Virus record (IMG/VR): IMGVR_UViG_3300032156_000003
Location: 1-64,000 of that record
Length of the DNA stretch: 64,000 nt
Strand: one strand, 5' to 3'
Origin: a virus
Below are positions 18,531 to 28,361 of the stretch, one piece after another; within the stretch, counting starts at the first letter, position 1, and each line of letters starts with the position of its first letter. A program made the position numbers and the translations under genes. Under the pieces are notes generated by a model. The model had not been told where the DNA came from, made no database searches, and saw nothing but the letters and a program-made list of their open reading frames with translations.

Positions 18531-19315
18531 ACCTAATCATTCCATTTCTGGCCGACATCCGTCGCGTGTGGACGGGCGCTATGGCGCGAGCGAGTCTTGC
18601 GAGCGCCACTATGGAGCCGTGGAATTTCTCAGCATCTCCGACGTGGACTCTTCTCGTCCAGGTCAACGGAGGAGCTGTTCAGACCGTGACGATTCCGATA
18701 ACGGCGTTAGCAGACCCCGCCATGGCAACGGCGAGTGAACTTGCATCTGTCATTAGCGTTGCACTTCCGGATGCGGGCGCGTATGCCATGTCGGACGGAA
18801 CGATTGTTATCGAAGCGGACCTCGTGACTGCGACGACATCGTTGCGAGTGACCGGAGGAACCGCAAACGCTCTGCTTATCTTCTCTACCATCGCCGAAAC
18901 CCAAGGTGGGTACAACGATTTGCTAGGCGGTGTCAGGGCCGTCGTCGATTCAACGCAGACGGGCATCCAGGGGAGGCGCGAACACGCAACTGTCACGGTC
19001 AGGTGCCAGGTGGACCGCTCGAATTGGGGCGAACAACAGATGACTCCCGGAGGAGCGTTCAACGTTGCCGAGTTGGTGCTGACACTAGACATGCGAGAAC
19101 TCGAACGACGCGGGCTCACAAGGTCCGATGGTGCGCCACGATTCACGCGCGGTGACCGACTAGAGAGAATTCGCACGATACATAGTGTCAGTGTGGAAGC
19201 GTTCACAGACGTTCGAGTCGAGAATATCGAACGCGCAGGGCACGGGTTGTCGTTGACGAACCCACGGCCGAACCTCGTGTATCTGCATTGCACGCGGGAC
19301 AGGGTGACACCGTGA
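18527..19315 (+). CDS. Head-closure-like protein with an inserted GGTAN module
   Basis: Position after the adaptor; module MEPWNF...GGTANALLIF. Confidence 0.55.
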   Translation: MNLIIPFLADIRRVWTGAMARASLASATMEPWNFSASPTWTLLVQVNGGAVQTVTIPITALADPAMATASELASVISVALPDAGAYAMSDGTIVIEADLVTATTSLRVTGGTANALLIFSTIAETQGGYNDLLGGVRAVVDSTQTGIQGRREHATVTVRCQVDRSNWGEQQMTPGGAFNVAELVLTLDMRELERRGLTRSDGAPRFTRGDRLERIRTIHSVSVEAFTDVRVENIERAGHGLSLTNPRPNLVYLHCTRDRVTP

Positions 19316-19926
19316 CGGCGCTCAAGATTTACGGCATGTCCGAGGCAGAGCGCATGACGACGGGCATGGCTAAGAAGATGGACAAGGCGGTCAACACGGC
19401 CGTCGCGCAAGAAGCGCAACTTCTGCGGTCCATGATAGTTAAGGGACTCCGTGACCAAGCTCCCGGCGGACACAAGATTCTGCCGCTGTCGCCGATGACA
19501 ATTGCCATGCGAAAGTTGCCGCGAAAGGGTGCGAAAAGCGGCAAGCGCGGGAGCACGAAGGCGCTCATCTACAACGGCGACTTGATTGGAAGTGTCAACG
19601 CGAAACGGCAGCAACCGGCATGGTGGACGGTGGGAGTGCATCGCGAGGCGCGTTCGACAAACGGGGCGAGCCTTGCCAACATCGCGGCGATTCAAGAACA
19701 GGGGACGCGGGCGTACAAGATAACGGTCACTCCGAAGATGCACCGCTTCTCAATTTTTCTCATGATGCAAGGCGTTCTCAACGCACCGTGGCCCGTGGGG
19801 AAAACGCTCAACTGCAAGATTCCGGCGCGTCCGTTCTTGGAGCCCGCCTATGTCGAATGGGGAGAAGAGGCTGAAAAGAGATTCCAGGGGCGTGTTGATG
19901 CGAGCATCGGATTGAAGGCGTCATAG
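19312..19926 (+). CDS. Neck / virion morphogenesis protein (Mu gpG / HK97 gp10-like)
   Basis: 'ALIYNGDLIGSV...NIAAIQEQG...IPARPFLEPA'. Confidence 0.75.
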   Translation: MTALKIYGMSEAERMTTGMAKKMDKAVNTAVAQEAQLLRSMIVKGLRDQAPGGHKILPLSPMTIAMRKLPRKGAKSGKRGSTKALIYNGDLIGSVNAKRQQPAWWTVGVHREARSTNGASLANIAAIQEQGTRAYKITVTPKMHRFSIFLMMQGVLNAPWPVGKTLNCKIPARPFLEPAYVEWGEEAEKRFQGRVDASIGLKAS

Positions 19927-20895
19927 ATGGCCGTTCCTACCCTCACCACGGTCACACCGTCCACCGGCCCTACGATGGGGCGCAATCAGATTACGTTGAC
20001 GGGCACTGGGTTCCGGATCGCACCTGTGCCGCCTCCGACTGGCTACACGAGCACGGACGAACAGCAGACCGTGGCGGTGTGGGTCAACGGCGTTCGGTGT
20101 TCCGAGGCGTTCTCTTCGAGTGCAACGACGGCCGTTGCCGAGGTGCCGGAGTGGCGCGGGTTGCACAGTGCAACGACACCGTATTCCGTGGACGTCACGA
20201 TTGCCAACCTCACGGATTCGGGAGCGCTCATCGCGGGTGAGACGGTCACGAAGTCAAACGGATACATCTACGACCGCCCTTCGATGGTTGCAGTGACGCC
20301 GTTCCAACGAGTCATTGAAGAGACAATCGCTTTATTCCGGCGGCACATCCTACCGAATACAAATTGGATAAAGTCTCGTGACTACGACGACAGTCCGACA
20401 GACCACTTTGATATTCCACAGGTCGCATGCGTGCCGCGCATTGACCTGGTTGGGCCTACGCTTACAGAAGCGAAGGATTGGGGCAACGTCACTGCCACGG
20501 ATGAGTTCAATACGGGTTCGACAACAGAGTGGCATCGACACCAACGGCAGAAGACGGTTCACCTCGTTTGGCAACTGGACGGGTATACGAGCGACCGAAG
20601 CGATAACGAAGCCATCAACCTCGCCAACGCAGTGTCGGATTTCTTCACCATCGTCAAGTGGGTGCGCATCCCGGCGGACTCGGCCGCGCCGACTGGAACG
20701 CAATGGAATCACGAGATGGAGATGACGGGAGCTCCGGCGTTTGACGTAGCCCCACAAGGAGACGGATTGCGACATTTCCGAGTTGAATTCGAGGTGCGTG
20801 GCGTCGACATGGGCGCTCAAGACTTGCCGGTTACGGAAACGGGATGGACGGCATTCGACCCAGACGGGCCGACTGTTACGACGGACGGTCTGTGA
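19927..20895 (+). CDS. IPT/TIG-domain protein fused to a tail terminator-like domain
   Basis: 'PTLTTVTPSTGPTMGRNQITLTGTGF' IPT/TIG start; immediately precedes the sheath. Confidence 0.65.
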   Translation: MAVPTLTTVTPSTGPTMGRNQITLTGTGFRIAPVPPPTGYTSTDEQQTVAVWVNGVRCSEAFSSSATTAVAEVPEWRGLHSATTPYSVDVTIANLTDSGALIAGETVTKSNGYIYDRPSMVAVTPFQRVIEETIALFRRHILPNTNWIKSRDYDDSPTDHFDIPQVACVPRIDLVGPTLTEAKDWGNVTATDEFNTGSTTEWHRHQRQKTVHLVWQLDGYTSDRSDNEAINLANAVSDFFTIVKWVRIPADSAAPTGTQWNHEMEMTGAPAFDVAPQGDGLRHFRVEFEVRGVDMGAQDLPVTETGWTAFDPDGPTVTTDGL

Positions 20896-20974
20896 CGGCG
20901 CGACTCTTCCCGTTTTGCGGGGTGGCGTGCTACCGTTTAAATGCGACGCGGAAACCGCGTAGGAGGCAGCTACA

Positions 20975-23245
20975 ATGGCTAAAACCGGGCGTGCACGAAT
21001 CGATACCGTCTTCAAGCAGGGCACTCGCAACGTGGCGGGTGTGCCGACTTCCATTTGCGGCGTCGTTGGCATCTTCGAACGCGGACCGTTCACTAGAACT
21101 CCGGTCACCTCTCCAGAGGAGTTCCGGCGCTACTTCGGCGATTCGTTCTCGAACACCTATATCATCCCGCAGTGCATCAAGGATTTCTTCCAGCTCGGCG
21201 GCGGCAAGGGGATGCAGTTGGACGTCGTGCGGACGTGCCATTATGTAAACCCAGCGAACCCGCTTACTCTCACGGCCGTCAAGGCGGCCGTGACGCTTCC
21301 GACCGATGCTATTGCGGCGACTCCGGCCATCGTGACGAGCACTGGCGCGCAGCCGTATCTCACGCTCGTCAACGGCGACGACCTGGATGTTGACCTTGAT
21401 GCTCCTGGCGCTCCAGTCAACGTCGTGTTCGACGCTTCGGCGGCGTTCCGCGATTCGGCACCGGTCGGGTGGCCAATCGCCGACCAGGATACAAAAACTA
21501 TCACCGTGAAGATCAACGCTGGCCTAGTTCAGACGGTTACCTTCGCAGGTGTCACTACCACGGCGGCATCAGTTGCCGCGCAGATGAACACGCAACTCGT
21601 CAACTGCCACGTCTTCGAGACAGGCGGACAAGTTCGAATCGAATCCGACAAGGAAGGTCTTGCGAGTTGGGTTGAGGTTACCGGCGGAACGGCTAACGGA
21701 GTTATTCTCTTCAACACCGCGGCGGTTCAGGGCACTTCGGTGTCGCACTTTGATGATATCTCCAACGTGACGAATGCGGAACTCAAGGCCGCTATTGAGG
21801 CGACGGCCGGACTGGTTGGCGAGGTTGTGGTGACTTCTCTCGGTTCCGGTGCCTTCCAGATCGCAACAGTTCACACAGGTGCGGCGGCTGGAATTCAGAT
21901 AACAGGCGGCACGGCGCGGCTTAAGTTGAGCCTCGACAACATCGCTCATATCGGAGCGAACGCAACGGCGCTGAACACGCTGACCGTAACGGGCAAGTAC
22001 GAGGGCACCTACGCACAGTCGTACACGCCGGTCGTGTCGGCGGCATCGAACGGGTCGGTGGACTACTGGAATCTGGCGTTCGTGAAATCGGGCGTCACTC
22101 AGGAGATGTTCACGAATCTGTCGAGCGACCCGACGAACGCGCGCTTCGTCAACACCATCGTGAACGCGGCTGGCACGGGTTCCGAATTGTTCACGGTCGC
22201 GGACCTTGGTCTCGTTGGCGTCTATACGGCAACACAGGCACGGCCGCAGCGTATCACGCACGCCGCCCCAGCCGGCGGGAACGATGGTCTCGCGGCACTC
22301 GCGGACGCGGATTTCATCGGCGATCCGGCGGGACACACGGGTCTGTACGCCCTCGACACGCAGCCCGATCTTCGGATGTTTACCATCCCCGGCCAGGCGA
22401 GTGCGGCCATACACGCGGCCATAAATTCCTATGCGCTGTACCGCGACTACACGTGCTACGGATTGCACCCGACGCCGACGCTAGTCCAGGCAGCGACGGC
22501 CGACCTCATGGTGGCGTGGGCGACATCCAACACTTTCGGAACCACAGAATTCGCTGCTGGTCCGGCTTGGCCGCGCGTCGCCATCGCCAACCCGAACACG
22601 ACCGTCTTCGGCACCGGCCCGACAATCTATGTCGACCCGGTAATGTTTAAGATGGCCAAATTCTGCTACGTGGACGCGAACCACCCGGACAGCACGTTCA
22701 CGAGCGCGGCTGGAATTAACCAGGATTCCGGAACTATGACAAACGTCATCGGTCTGGAAGCTCCCGACACCGAACTGATACCCGGTCTCAGGGATCGACT
22801 CGCCGACGTCAATGTGGACCACATCAACAAAGATGTGGGTACGCCGTACTACTTCGATGGTGGAGACAACTGCAAGACGACCGGAGACTGGCCTCGCCAG
22901 TGGCACGCTCGTGCTGCCATCCTGGTCAAAGAGACCATCAAGAAGAACTGGGCTTGGGTCAAGCACTCCAAGAACACGTCTTCGATGCGGCAGTCGGCAG
23001 GTAGGCAGGCGAATCAGTACCTGCGCACCACGCCGGCCGAAGCCTTCGAAATCAGCACAGGAGCGGAAGACCCGAGCATCCCGGCGGGAGAACCGCTGCG
23101 CTACTGCGACACAAGCGACGCGCTGAACCCTATCGAGGTGAGGCGCGCTGGCGAGTTCCACGCTACCGTGGGGCTCGGGTTCTGTGACGATGCCAAGTGG
23201 ACGACCATCACCATCACTCGCACGACAGTTGCGAGCGCTAGCTAA
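20975..23245 (+). CDS. Contractile tail sheath protein
   Basis: 'VPTSICGVVGIFERGP...VTSPEEFRRYFG...FFQLGG' N-terminus; 'GGNDG..D.DFIG...TGLYALD'; AGGAGG SD. Confidence 0.9.
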   Translation: MAKTGRARIDTVFKQGTRNVAGVPTSICGVVGIFERGPFTRTPVTSPEEFRRYFGDSFSNTYIIPQCIKDFFQLGGGKGMQLDVVRTCHYVNPANPLTLTAVKAAVTLPTDAIAATPAIVTSTGAQPYLTLVNGDDLDVDLDAPGAPVNVVFDASAAFRDSAPVGWPIADQDTKTITVKINAGLVQTVTFAGVTTTAASVAAQMNTQLVNCHVFETGGQVRIESDKEGLASWVEVTGGTANGVILFNTAAVQGTSVSHFDDISNVTNAELKAAIEATAGLVGEVVVTSLGSGAFQIATVHTGAAAGIQITGGTARLKLSLDNIAHIGANATALNTLTVTGKYEGTYAQSYTPVVSAASNGSVDYWNLAFVKSGVTQEMFTNLSSDPTNARFVNTIVNAAGTGSELFTVADLGLVGVYTATQARPQRITHAAPAGGNDGLAALADADFIGDPAGHTGLYALDTQPDLRMFTIPGQASAAIHAAINSYALYRDYTCYGLHPTPTLVQAATADLMVAWATSNTFGTTEFAAGPAWPRVAIANPNTTVFGTGPTIYVDPVMFKMAKFCYVDANHPDSTFTSAAGINQDSGTMTNVIGLEAPDTELIPGLRDRLADVNVDHINKDVGTPYYFDGGDNCKTTGDWPRQWHARAAILVKETIKKNWAWVKHSKNTSSMRQSAGRQANQYLRTTPAEAFEISTGAEDPSIPAGEPLRYCDTSDALNPIEVRRAGEFHATVGLGFCDDAKWTTITITRTTVASAS

Positions 23246-23264
23246 GGGATAGGAGGGTCATAAC

Positions 23265-23720
23265 ATGGCCGACCCGAAATCGTTTTTCGACCCGTTCAAC
23301 TGGCGTCTCGAAGGTGGCGGTGGTGAGGTCATCGGCTGGGCTTGGGAGGCCGGTCCCTTCAAGCTGACCACGGCGACCACGGAAATCCCGGCGGGCGCGG
23401 GCGAGCTTCGTGACGTGCCGGGCACCACGAAGATGGCACAGATCGTCGTGACGGCTCCGCTGTCGACGAACCTGTCGCTGTACAACCGCTTCAAGGCGCA
23501 GCATGACGCGAGCACTGGCAAGGGCGTATCTGAGCCCGATGTCTACGAGGACATCGACTTCGTCCAGATCGACCGCGACGGTGACGAGTTGGAGCGCATT
23601 CGCGTGTACGATTGCGTGGCCATCGATTACGAGATGGACAACTTCAACAAGAAGTCGAACGACAAGCGCACCGAGAAGTTGACGCTGGCCGGGCGTCGGT
23701 TCGAGCGCATTCCGGCCTAG
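23265..23720 (+). CDS. Tail tube protein (T4 gp19-like)
   Basis: 151 aa after the sheath; 'IVVT...LYN.F...QIDRDGDEL.R....C....E..N....S....EKLTL'. Confidence 0.8.
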   Translation: MADPKSFFDPFNWRLEGGGGEVIGWAWEAGPFKLTTATTEIPAGAGELRDVPGTTKMAQIVVTAPLSTNLSLYNRFKAQHDASTGKGVSEPDVYEDIDFVQIDRDGDELERIRVYDCVAIDYEMDNFNKKSNDKRTEKLTLAGRRFERIPA

Positions 23721-23768
23721 TTCGTTGCCGTCTTCCCGAGGGGATCGTGAGGACAGGAGGACAATTCG

Positions 23769-24686
23769 ATGAACCCGCAAACCTTTCCGTTCAAGGTGAC
23801 TCTAGACAATGGCGACGTCGTATTGTCGGTAACGCTACGGCGTCCGACAATTGATGACCAGTTCGCGTTCCGTGCGTCGTTCAGTGACGGGCTCGGCAAG
23901 GCCATCACGGGCATCCTCACGGCGTGTACGGTTTCCGTTGAAGACCCAGGACCGTGGAGGGTCAAGCCGGGCTCAGAAGGCAAGGAGACGTCTTGCGACA
24001 TCGATTGGGAGCGCGTGACGTCCGGGCTCCGCATGTGGGCGATGCTCACGCTGCGAATCAAGGGCAAGGAAGGCGGGCATCTGATACCCGTGGAACTGCT
24101 CTGCCCCATGTGCAAGCGCGGTGAAGACGAGTTCTCCGTAGACGTGGATGCGCGGCCCATAGAAGAGGGCGGAGAGTTGCTGTGGTTTGAGCCGGAGGAC
24201 GGTGTGGCAGTCATCGATTCCATCATCTCGGGCACTCCGATGTCGGCTGAAATCGGTGGCATTCCCATAAAGGTCAAGCCGCCGAGCGGAACGACGGAGT
24301 TGAAACTTCAAGTCGTGTCGAAAGAGTTGCACAAGTCGCGGTCGAAGGATGCGCCGGTCAACGAGCAGACCATCTCCAACGACGTGTCGTTGCGAGGGCG
24401 TGCGTTACAAATCGCGAGCGTCGAAGGGCAGCACCCGAACGACTTGGGGCGGTGGGTCAAGACCTTACCAGAAGACCTGTATGATGAACTTGAGGCCGCC
24501 ATAGAGGCGAGCGATTGGGGTGTCGATTTGTCCTTCGCGGCATCATGTCCGCGCGGTCACTCGGTAGCAGGTGAAGTCCCTTTCGTCTACCTGTTTGGAC
24601 AGCCGAACACGGCCATGAAGTCGCTGCGAGACAGGCAGCGGGAGAGGGCGAAAGCGAAGAAGAATCGCCCTGTATCACCGGAATGA
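23769..24686 (+). CDS. Tail assembly chaperone (gpG equivalent)
   Basis: Lies between tube and tape measure genes; CPMC and CPRGH motifs; C CCT TTC slippery site at 24578-24584. Confidence 0.7.
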   Translation: MNPQTFPFKVTLDNGDVVLSVTLRRPTIDDQFAFRASFSDGLGKAITGILTACTVSVEDPGPWRVKPGSEGKETSCDIDWERVTSGLRMWAMLTLRIKGKEGGHLIPVELLCPMCKRGEDEFSVDVDARPIEEGGELLWFEPEDGVAVIDSIISGTPMSAEIGGIPIKVKPPSGTTELKLQVVSKELHKSRSKDAPVNEQTISNDVSLRGRALQIASVEGQHPNDLGRWVKTLPEDLYDELEAAIEASDWGVDLSFAASCPRGHSVAGEVPFVYLFGQPNTAMKSLRDRQRERAKAKKNRPVSPE

Positions 24687-24961
24687 TGATACCGACGACA
24701 CACGGCAGCGCAGACCGCCGCGCCGTTGTCGTCGCATGTGGACCTCTGTTTCAGATTCTCGGCGAGTCGCTAGAACGCAAGGTACGTTTCCGACTGTCGT
24801 ATCGGTCGGGAATCTCCGGCGGCATCATGGACTATGACAAGACGGGGGATGTGCCAGTAGGTGAGGCGCTGAAACTGTGTGAGATGACAAGCGAACGCGA
24901 GGTGGAAGACTTCAAGACCTACATGGAGTGCATTCGCGTGAGCATGTGGGGAAAGAACTAG
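24578..24961 (+). CDS. Tail chaperone -1 frameshift extension (gpT equivalent); alternative own start at 24683
   Basis: The -1 frame is open from the slippery heptamer to TAG 24961 and closed by TGA two codons upstream. Confidence 0.65.
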   Translation, partial: PFRLPVWTAEHGHEVAARQAAGEGESEEESPCITGMMIPTTHGSADRRAVVVACGPLFQILGESLERKVRFRLSYRSGISGGIMDYDKTGDVPVGEALKLCEMTSEREVEDFKTYMECIRVSMWGKN

Positions 24962-27496
24962 ATGCGTACCATCTTCGACATCATAGCGCGAGACAACGCT
25001 AGCGGAACGCTAAACAAAGTGGACCGCTCCATGAAGAACCTGGGGAATAGCGCGCGGACTACTGAGAAGAGTATGGGCGCAGGCGGGGCAGCGAAGGGTG
25101 GGATGTTCGGTCCCGGTGTCGGTGGTCCGATTGGGAAGATGCTGACTGGCGGAGCTATGATGGCGGGTGGCGACAAGATGGCGGACTTCGCCGTCAACGT
25201 CGCGCGCAGTTCTCGTACCATGGAGAACGCGATCGGCACGATGAAAGCCTACGGGGCAACCGAGGCGGACATCAACCGCGTGAGGGACGCGGCGTTCAAG
25301 TCGGGTTTCAATATCGACCGAGCGGCTGAATCGATGGCTCAGTTTGCGCGAGAAGGGTACAACGCTACGCAGTCGGCTCAAATGCTGACACCGGCAATGC
25401 AAATGATGAAGTTCGGTCAGATGGGAGCGGAGGAGTCTTCGAAGTTCCTCGCCGATACACTCGACCAATTCAGCCTTTCGGCGGACCACGGGCAGGACAT
25501 CACGAACAAGATGGCCGTGGCGATGAAAATGTTCGGAGTTCAGGGGCCGGAACTCGCGGAGATGTTCAAGGGCGCGGCGTCCGGTGCTCAATTGGCCGGA
25601 GCCGGATTCGAAGACGTGCTGCTCACCACGGGCATGATAAAGAAGGTGTTCCCGAGCGCGACGAAAGCGGCGATGGCGGCCGGACAAGCGTTCACGCAAC
25701 TCGCCGATAAGAAGGTCCGCAAGGAGCTTCACGCACAAGGAGTGGAAGTTCTCGACGCAAACAAGAAGTTCAAGCCGTTGACGACAATCCTCGCCGAACT
25801 GCTCACGAAGACGTCGAAGATGACGGAATCGCAGCGGGCGTCCGCGTTGGCCTCTGTGTTTTCCAAGCGCTCCGCCGGTGGTCTCTCCGTCATCATGGAC
25901 CAACTGGCGAACGGTGTGACGGACGCCACGGGGAAGATTTACAAGGGCGCGGATGCGGCAACCTACCTCGCTTCGCAGATGGCCAATTCAGAGGGAGCGG
26001 CAGCGGCGATGCGTGAAGCTATCCTGAACACGACAGCCGGGGCAGACGAAGCGTTCGCCAACTCTAAAACACGCATGAACGAGACGTTTGGCAGCGCCAC
26101 CCAAGGCATCTACATCAAGGCCATGCGGGCGCTCGCGGGCGGGGTGAACGCCACGGCCGATGCGATGAACTCGCTTCCGCCTATCGCGCGCACCATCGTT
26201 GTCGGGCTGACCGGTGTCACGGGAGTCTTCATCAAGGCGCTCGGCGCGTGCATCCTTCTCGGGGGTGCCATGCGGATGCTCGGAATTACGTTCCGAGGAT
26301 TGCTGTTCACGGTGGGCAAGGTGCTTCTAGTTGGAATTCCATTGCTAGGGTTGCTTGGAGCCATCGGTGTCGGGTTCTATGGGATGCATCGTGCGGCTGA
26401 AAAGAACGTCGGCGGTACTGGTGGTTTCTTCACGGGTCTGTGGTCGAAAATAAAACTCGGGTTCAAGGGCACGCTTGACCTCATCTCTGGTGGTGGATTG
26501 AGCGAGGCGGTCAAGAAGGACTTGCAGAAGTCTGAAAACAGCGGTGTGGCGAAGTTTCTCGTGTGGGTCACGGGTGCTATCGGGCGCGCAAAGGCGTTCT
26601 TCCAAGGCATGGTAGAAGGGTTTGATGCAGGTTTGGCAAAACTGGACGGACCGTTCTCTCGTTTCAAGTCAACGCTCATGGGGATCTTTGGTTTTAGCGA
26701 TACGAGCGACCCAGCAAAGCAGATGGACGAATGGAAGAATGCTGGGGCTAGTCTAGGAGGTGGACTCGCCGAGTTGTCGGCGACTGTCATGGACCTTTCA
26801 ACGCGTGCGCTTGGTTCTCTCAAGCAAGTTTTCAAGGACATCTCACTCAAGGACGTAGCGTCTGGACTGAAAACCATCGTGAGTCTTTTTCAAACAATGG
26901 CCAAGGCGGCGCAGTGGGTTGCGGATGCTTTCACAACAGTCGTCGATATGAAGAACGCAGCCTTCACTATCGGCAAGGGTGCTGAGAACATGAGCGCCGC
27001 CGAAATGCTTGGAGTAACGCGCGGGGCAGGAGGATTGCAGGCTAGAAAGAATCTGGCTATGTCCTTCGAAAACACGGACATGATGGTCCAGTTGGGTTTG
27101 ATCGACAAGGCCGCCGGACAGGCGCAGAAAGTGTCGGCGTACAAATTTCAGTCCGGTGTATCCACGGTTGGGAATATCGAAACACTAAAAGGTATCGGAG
27201 ATTTTTTCAAAGGTCCATCTGACAAGATAGCTTCTAAACTTACTGGAATACCAGTTGAACAATTTGGTGGAAATCGCGGTGGTCCAAACAATACGGCGGA
27301 ACTAGCGCAGAAAAAAATAGGCGACGGTCTAATGAGCACGGCAGCCGCGTTGAGCAAACTTGCAGATATGGGATTCCAGGTAAATGTTGATGGTCAGACA
27401 TTTGGCAAGGTTGTGTCCAACGTAAAACATGAATCTGATGAACGTAGTTATCAAGAAGATCCTTTTCCGTCCGAACCTGTTACGGTTTGGAGATAG
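24962..27496 (+). CDS. Tape measure protein (TP901-type core)
   Basis: 844 aa, Ala/Gly/Met-rich and helical; 'GVEVLDANKKFKPLTTILAEL'; canonical position. Confidence 0.9.
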   Translation: MRTIFDIIARDNASGTLNKVDRSMKNLGNSARTTEKSMGAGGAAKGGMFGPGVGGPIGKMLTGGAMMAGGDKMADFAVNVARSSRTMENAIGTMKAYGATEADINRVRDAAFKSGFNIDRAAESMAQFAREGYNATQSAQMLTPAMQMMKFGQMGAEESSKFLADTLDQFSLSADHGQDITNKMAVAMKMFGVQGPELAEMFKGAASGAQLAGAGFEDVLLTTGMIKKVFPSATKAAMAAGQAFTQLADKKVRKELHAQGVEVLDANKKFKPLTTILAELLTKTSKMTESQRASALASVFSKRSAGGLSVIMDQLANGVTDATGKIYKGADAATYLASQMANSEGAAAAMREAILNTTAGADEAFANSKTRMNETFGSATQGIYIKAMRALAGGVNATADAMNSLPPIARTIVVGLTGVTGVFIKALGACILLGGAMRMLGITFRGLLFTVGKVLLVGIPLLGLLGAIGVGFYGMHRAAEKNVGGTGGFFTGLWSKIKLGFKGTLDLISGGGLSEAVKKDLQKSENSGVAKFLVWVTGAIGRAKAFFQGMVEGFDAGLAKLDGPFSRFKSTLMGIFGFSDTSDPAKQMDEWKNAGASLGGGLAELSATVMDLSTRALGSLKQVFKDISLKDVASGLKTIVSLFQTMAKAAQWVADAFTTVVDMKNAAFTIGKGAENMSAAEMLGVTRGAGGLQARKNLAMSFENTDMMVQLGLIDKAAGQAQKVSAYKFQSGVSTVGNIETLKGIGDFFKGPSDKIASKLTGIPVEQFGGNRGGPNNTAELAQKKIGDGLMSTAAALSKLADMGFQVNVDGQTFGKVVSNVKHESDERSYQEDPFPSEPVTVWR

Positions 27497-27499
27497 ACT

Positions 27500-28024
27500 A
27501 TGCCGATAGCAGCCGATGACGAACGAAGCGAGTTGGTGAACCTCGAAACGATGGACAGCATCTCGTTTCAGCTGACTCCCCATGTCATCTCGCCGAGTGT
27601 CAGCGTGAATTACAACGACCAGGGCGGAATCGGCGCTTCGTCTGTCAATCAGGTCTACAGCAACACGAGCGCAGAAGAAATTACGGTTGAGTTCCCGTAC
27701 TACCGAGTGGGTTTGGCGAACGCGGGTGGGATGTCCGTTGAGGCGGCAACTGCGGCGATGGATAGGCACCGCGACTTCGTGCGCTCGCTCACGTTGCCGG
27801 GTACGCGGTCGGATGGCTTGAGCAAGGGCGCACCACCTCTGTGTCTTCTCACGATACCGGGTCACCTTGTGTGGAAGTGCCGCGTGCGGTCGTTTAAGTA
27901 CGACCGCCGCATCGGGCAAGACGGGAAGGCCATGGAACTGAAACTGAACATCACGTTCCGCGAAGAGTGGACCACGGCGCTGTCGAGCGAAGACATCTTG
28001 GAGAAGGGCTACAACCGTGGCTGA
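27500..28024 (+). CDS. Tube initiator-like baseplate protein
   Basis: 'FQLTP...VNY...Y...S....PPLCLL..PG...C.V.S......I....' pattern; follows the tape measure gene. Confidence 0.65.
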   Translation: MPIAADDERSELVNLETMDSISFQLTPHVISPSVSVNYNDQGGIGASSVNQVYSNTSAEEITVEFPYYRVGLANAGGMSVEAATAAMDRHRDFVRSLTLPGTRSDGLSKGAPPLCLLTIPGHLVWKCRVRSFKYDRRIGQDGKAMELKLNITFREEWTTALSSEDILEKGYNRG

Positions 28025-28361
28025 GAACGTCAAAACCTACAGCCGATTTCGAAGTTGCTTCGAGACGACCGACGATGACGGCGTGCTATTCACGGTGGAC
28101 GACACGCCGTTCTCGTACACGGACCTCGCGGACAACTCGACTTACGAGGTAAAGGCGGGCGATACGTGGTGGTCCATCGCGGATGAAGTCTTCGCCCCAC
28201 TCGACTACTCGTTTCAACTTTGGTGGGTCATCATGGACTTTCAGCCGGAGCCGTACCTTGACCCCACGGTAATGCCGACGGCGGGCACGGTGCTCTACAT
28301 CCCGAGCGTCAAGACGGTCACGTCCAAGATTCTTAGTCCCGAGCGCAGGCGGTATTCGTAA
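28017..28361 (+). CDS. LysM / tail X-like baseplate protein
   Basis: 'YEVKAGDTWWSIA...LWWVIMDF...DP...GTVLYIPS'. Confidence 0.8.
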   Translation: MAENVKTYSRFRSCFETTDDDGVLFTVDDTPFSYTDLADNSTYEVKAGDTWWSIADEVFAPLDYSFQLWWVIMDFQPEPYLDPTVMPTAGTVLYIPSVKTVTSKILSPERRRYS

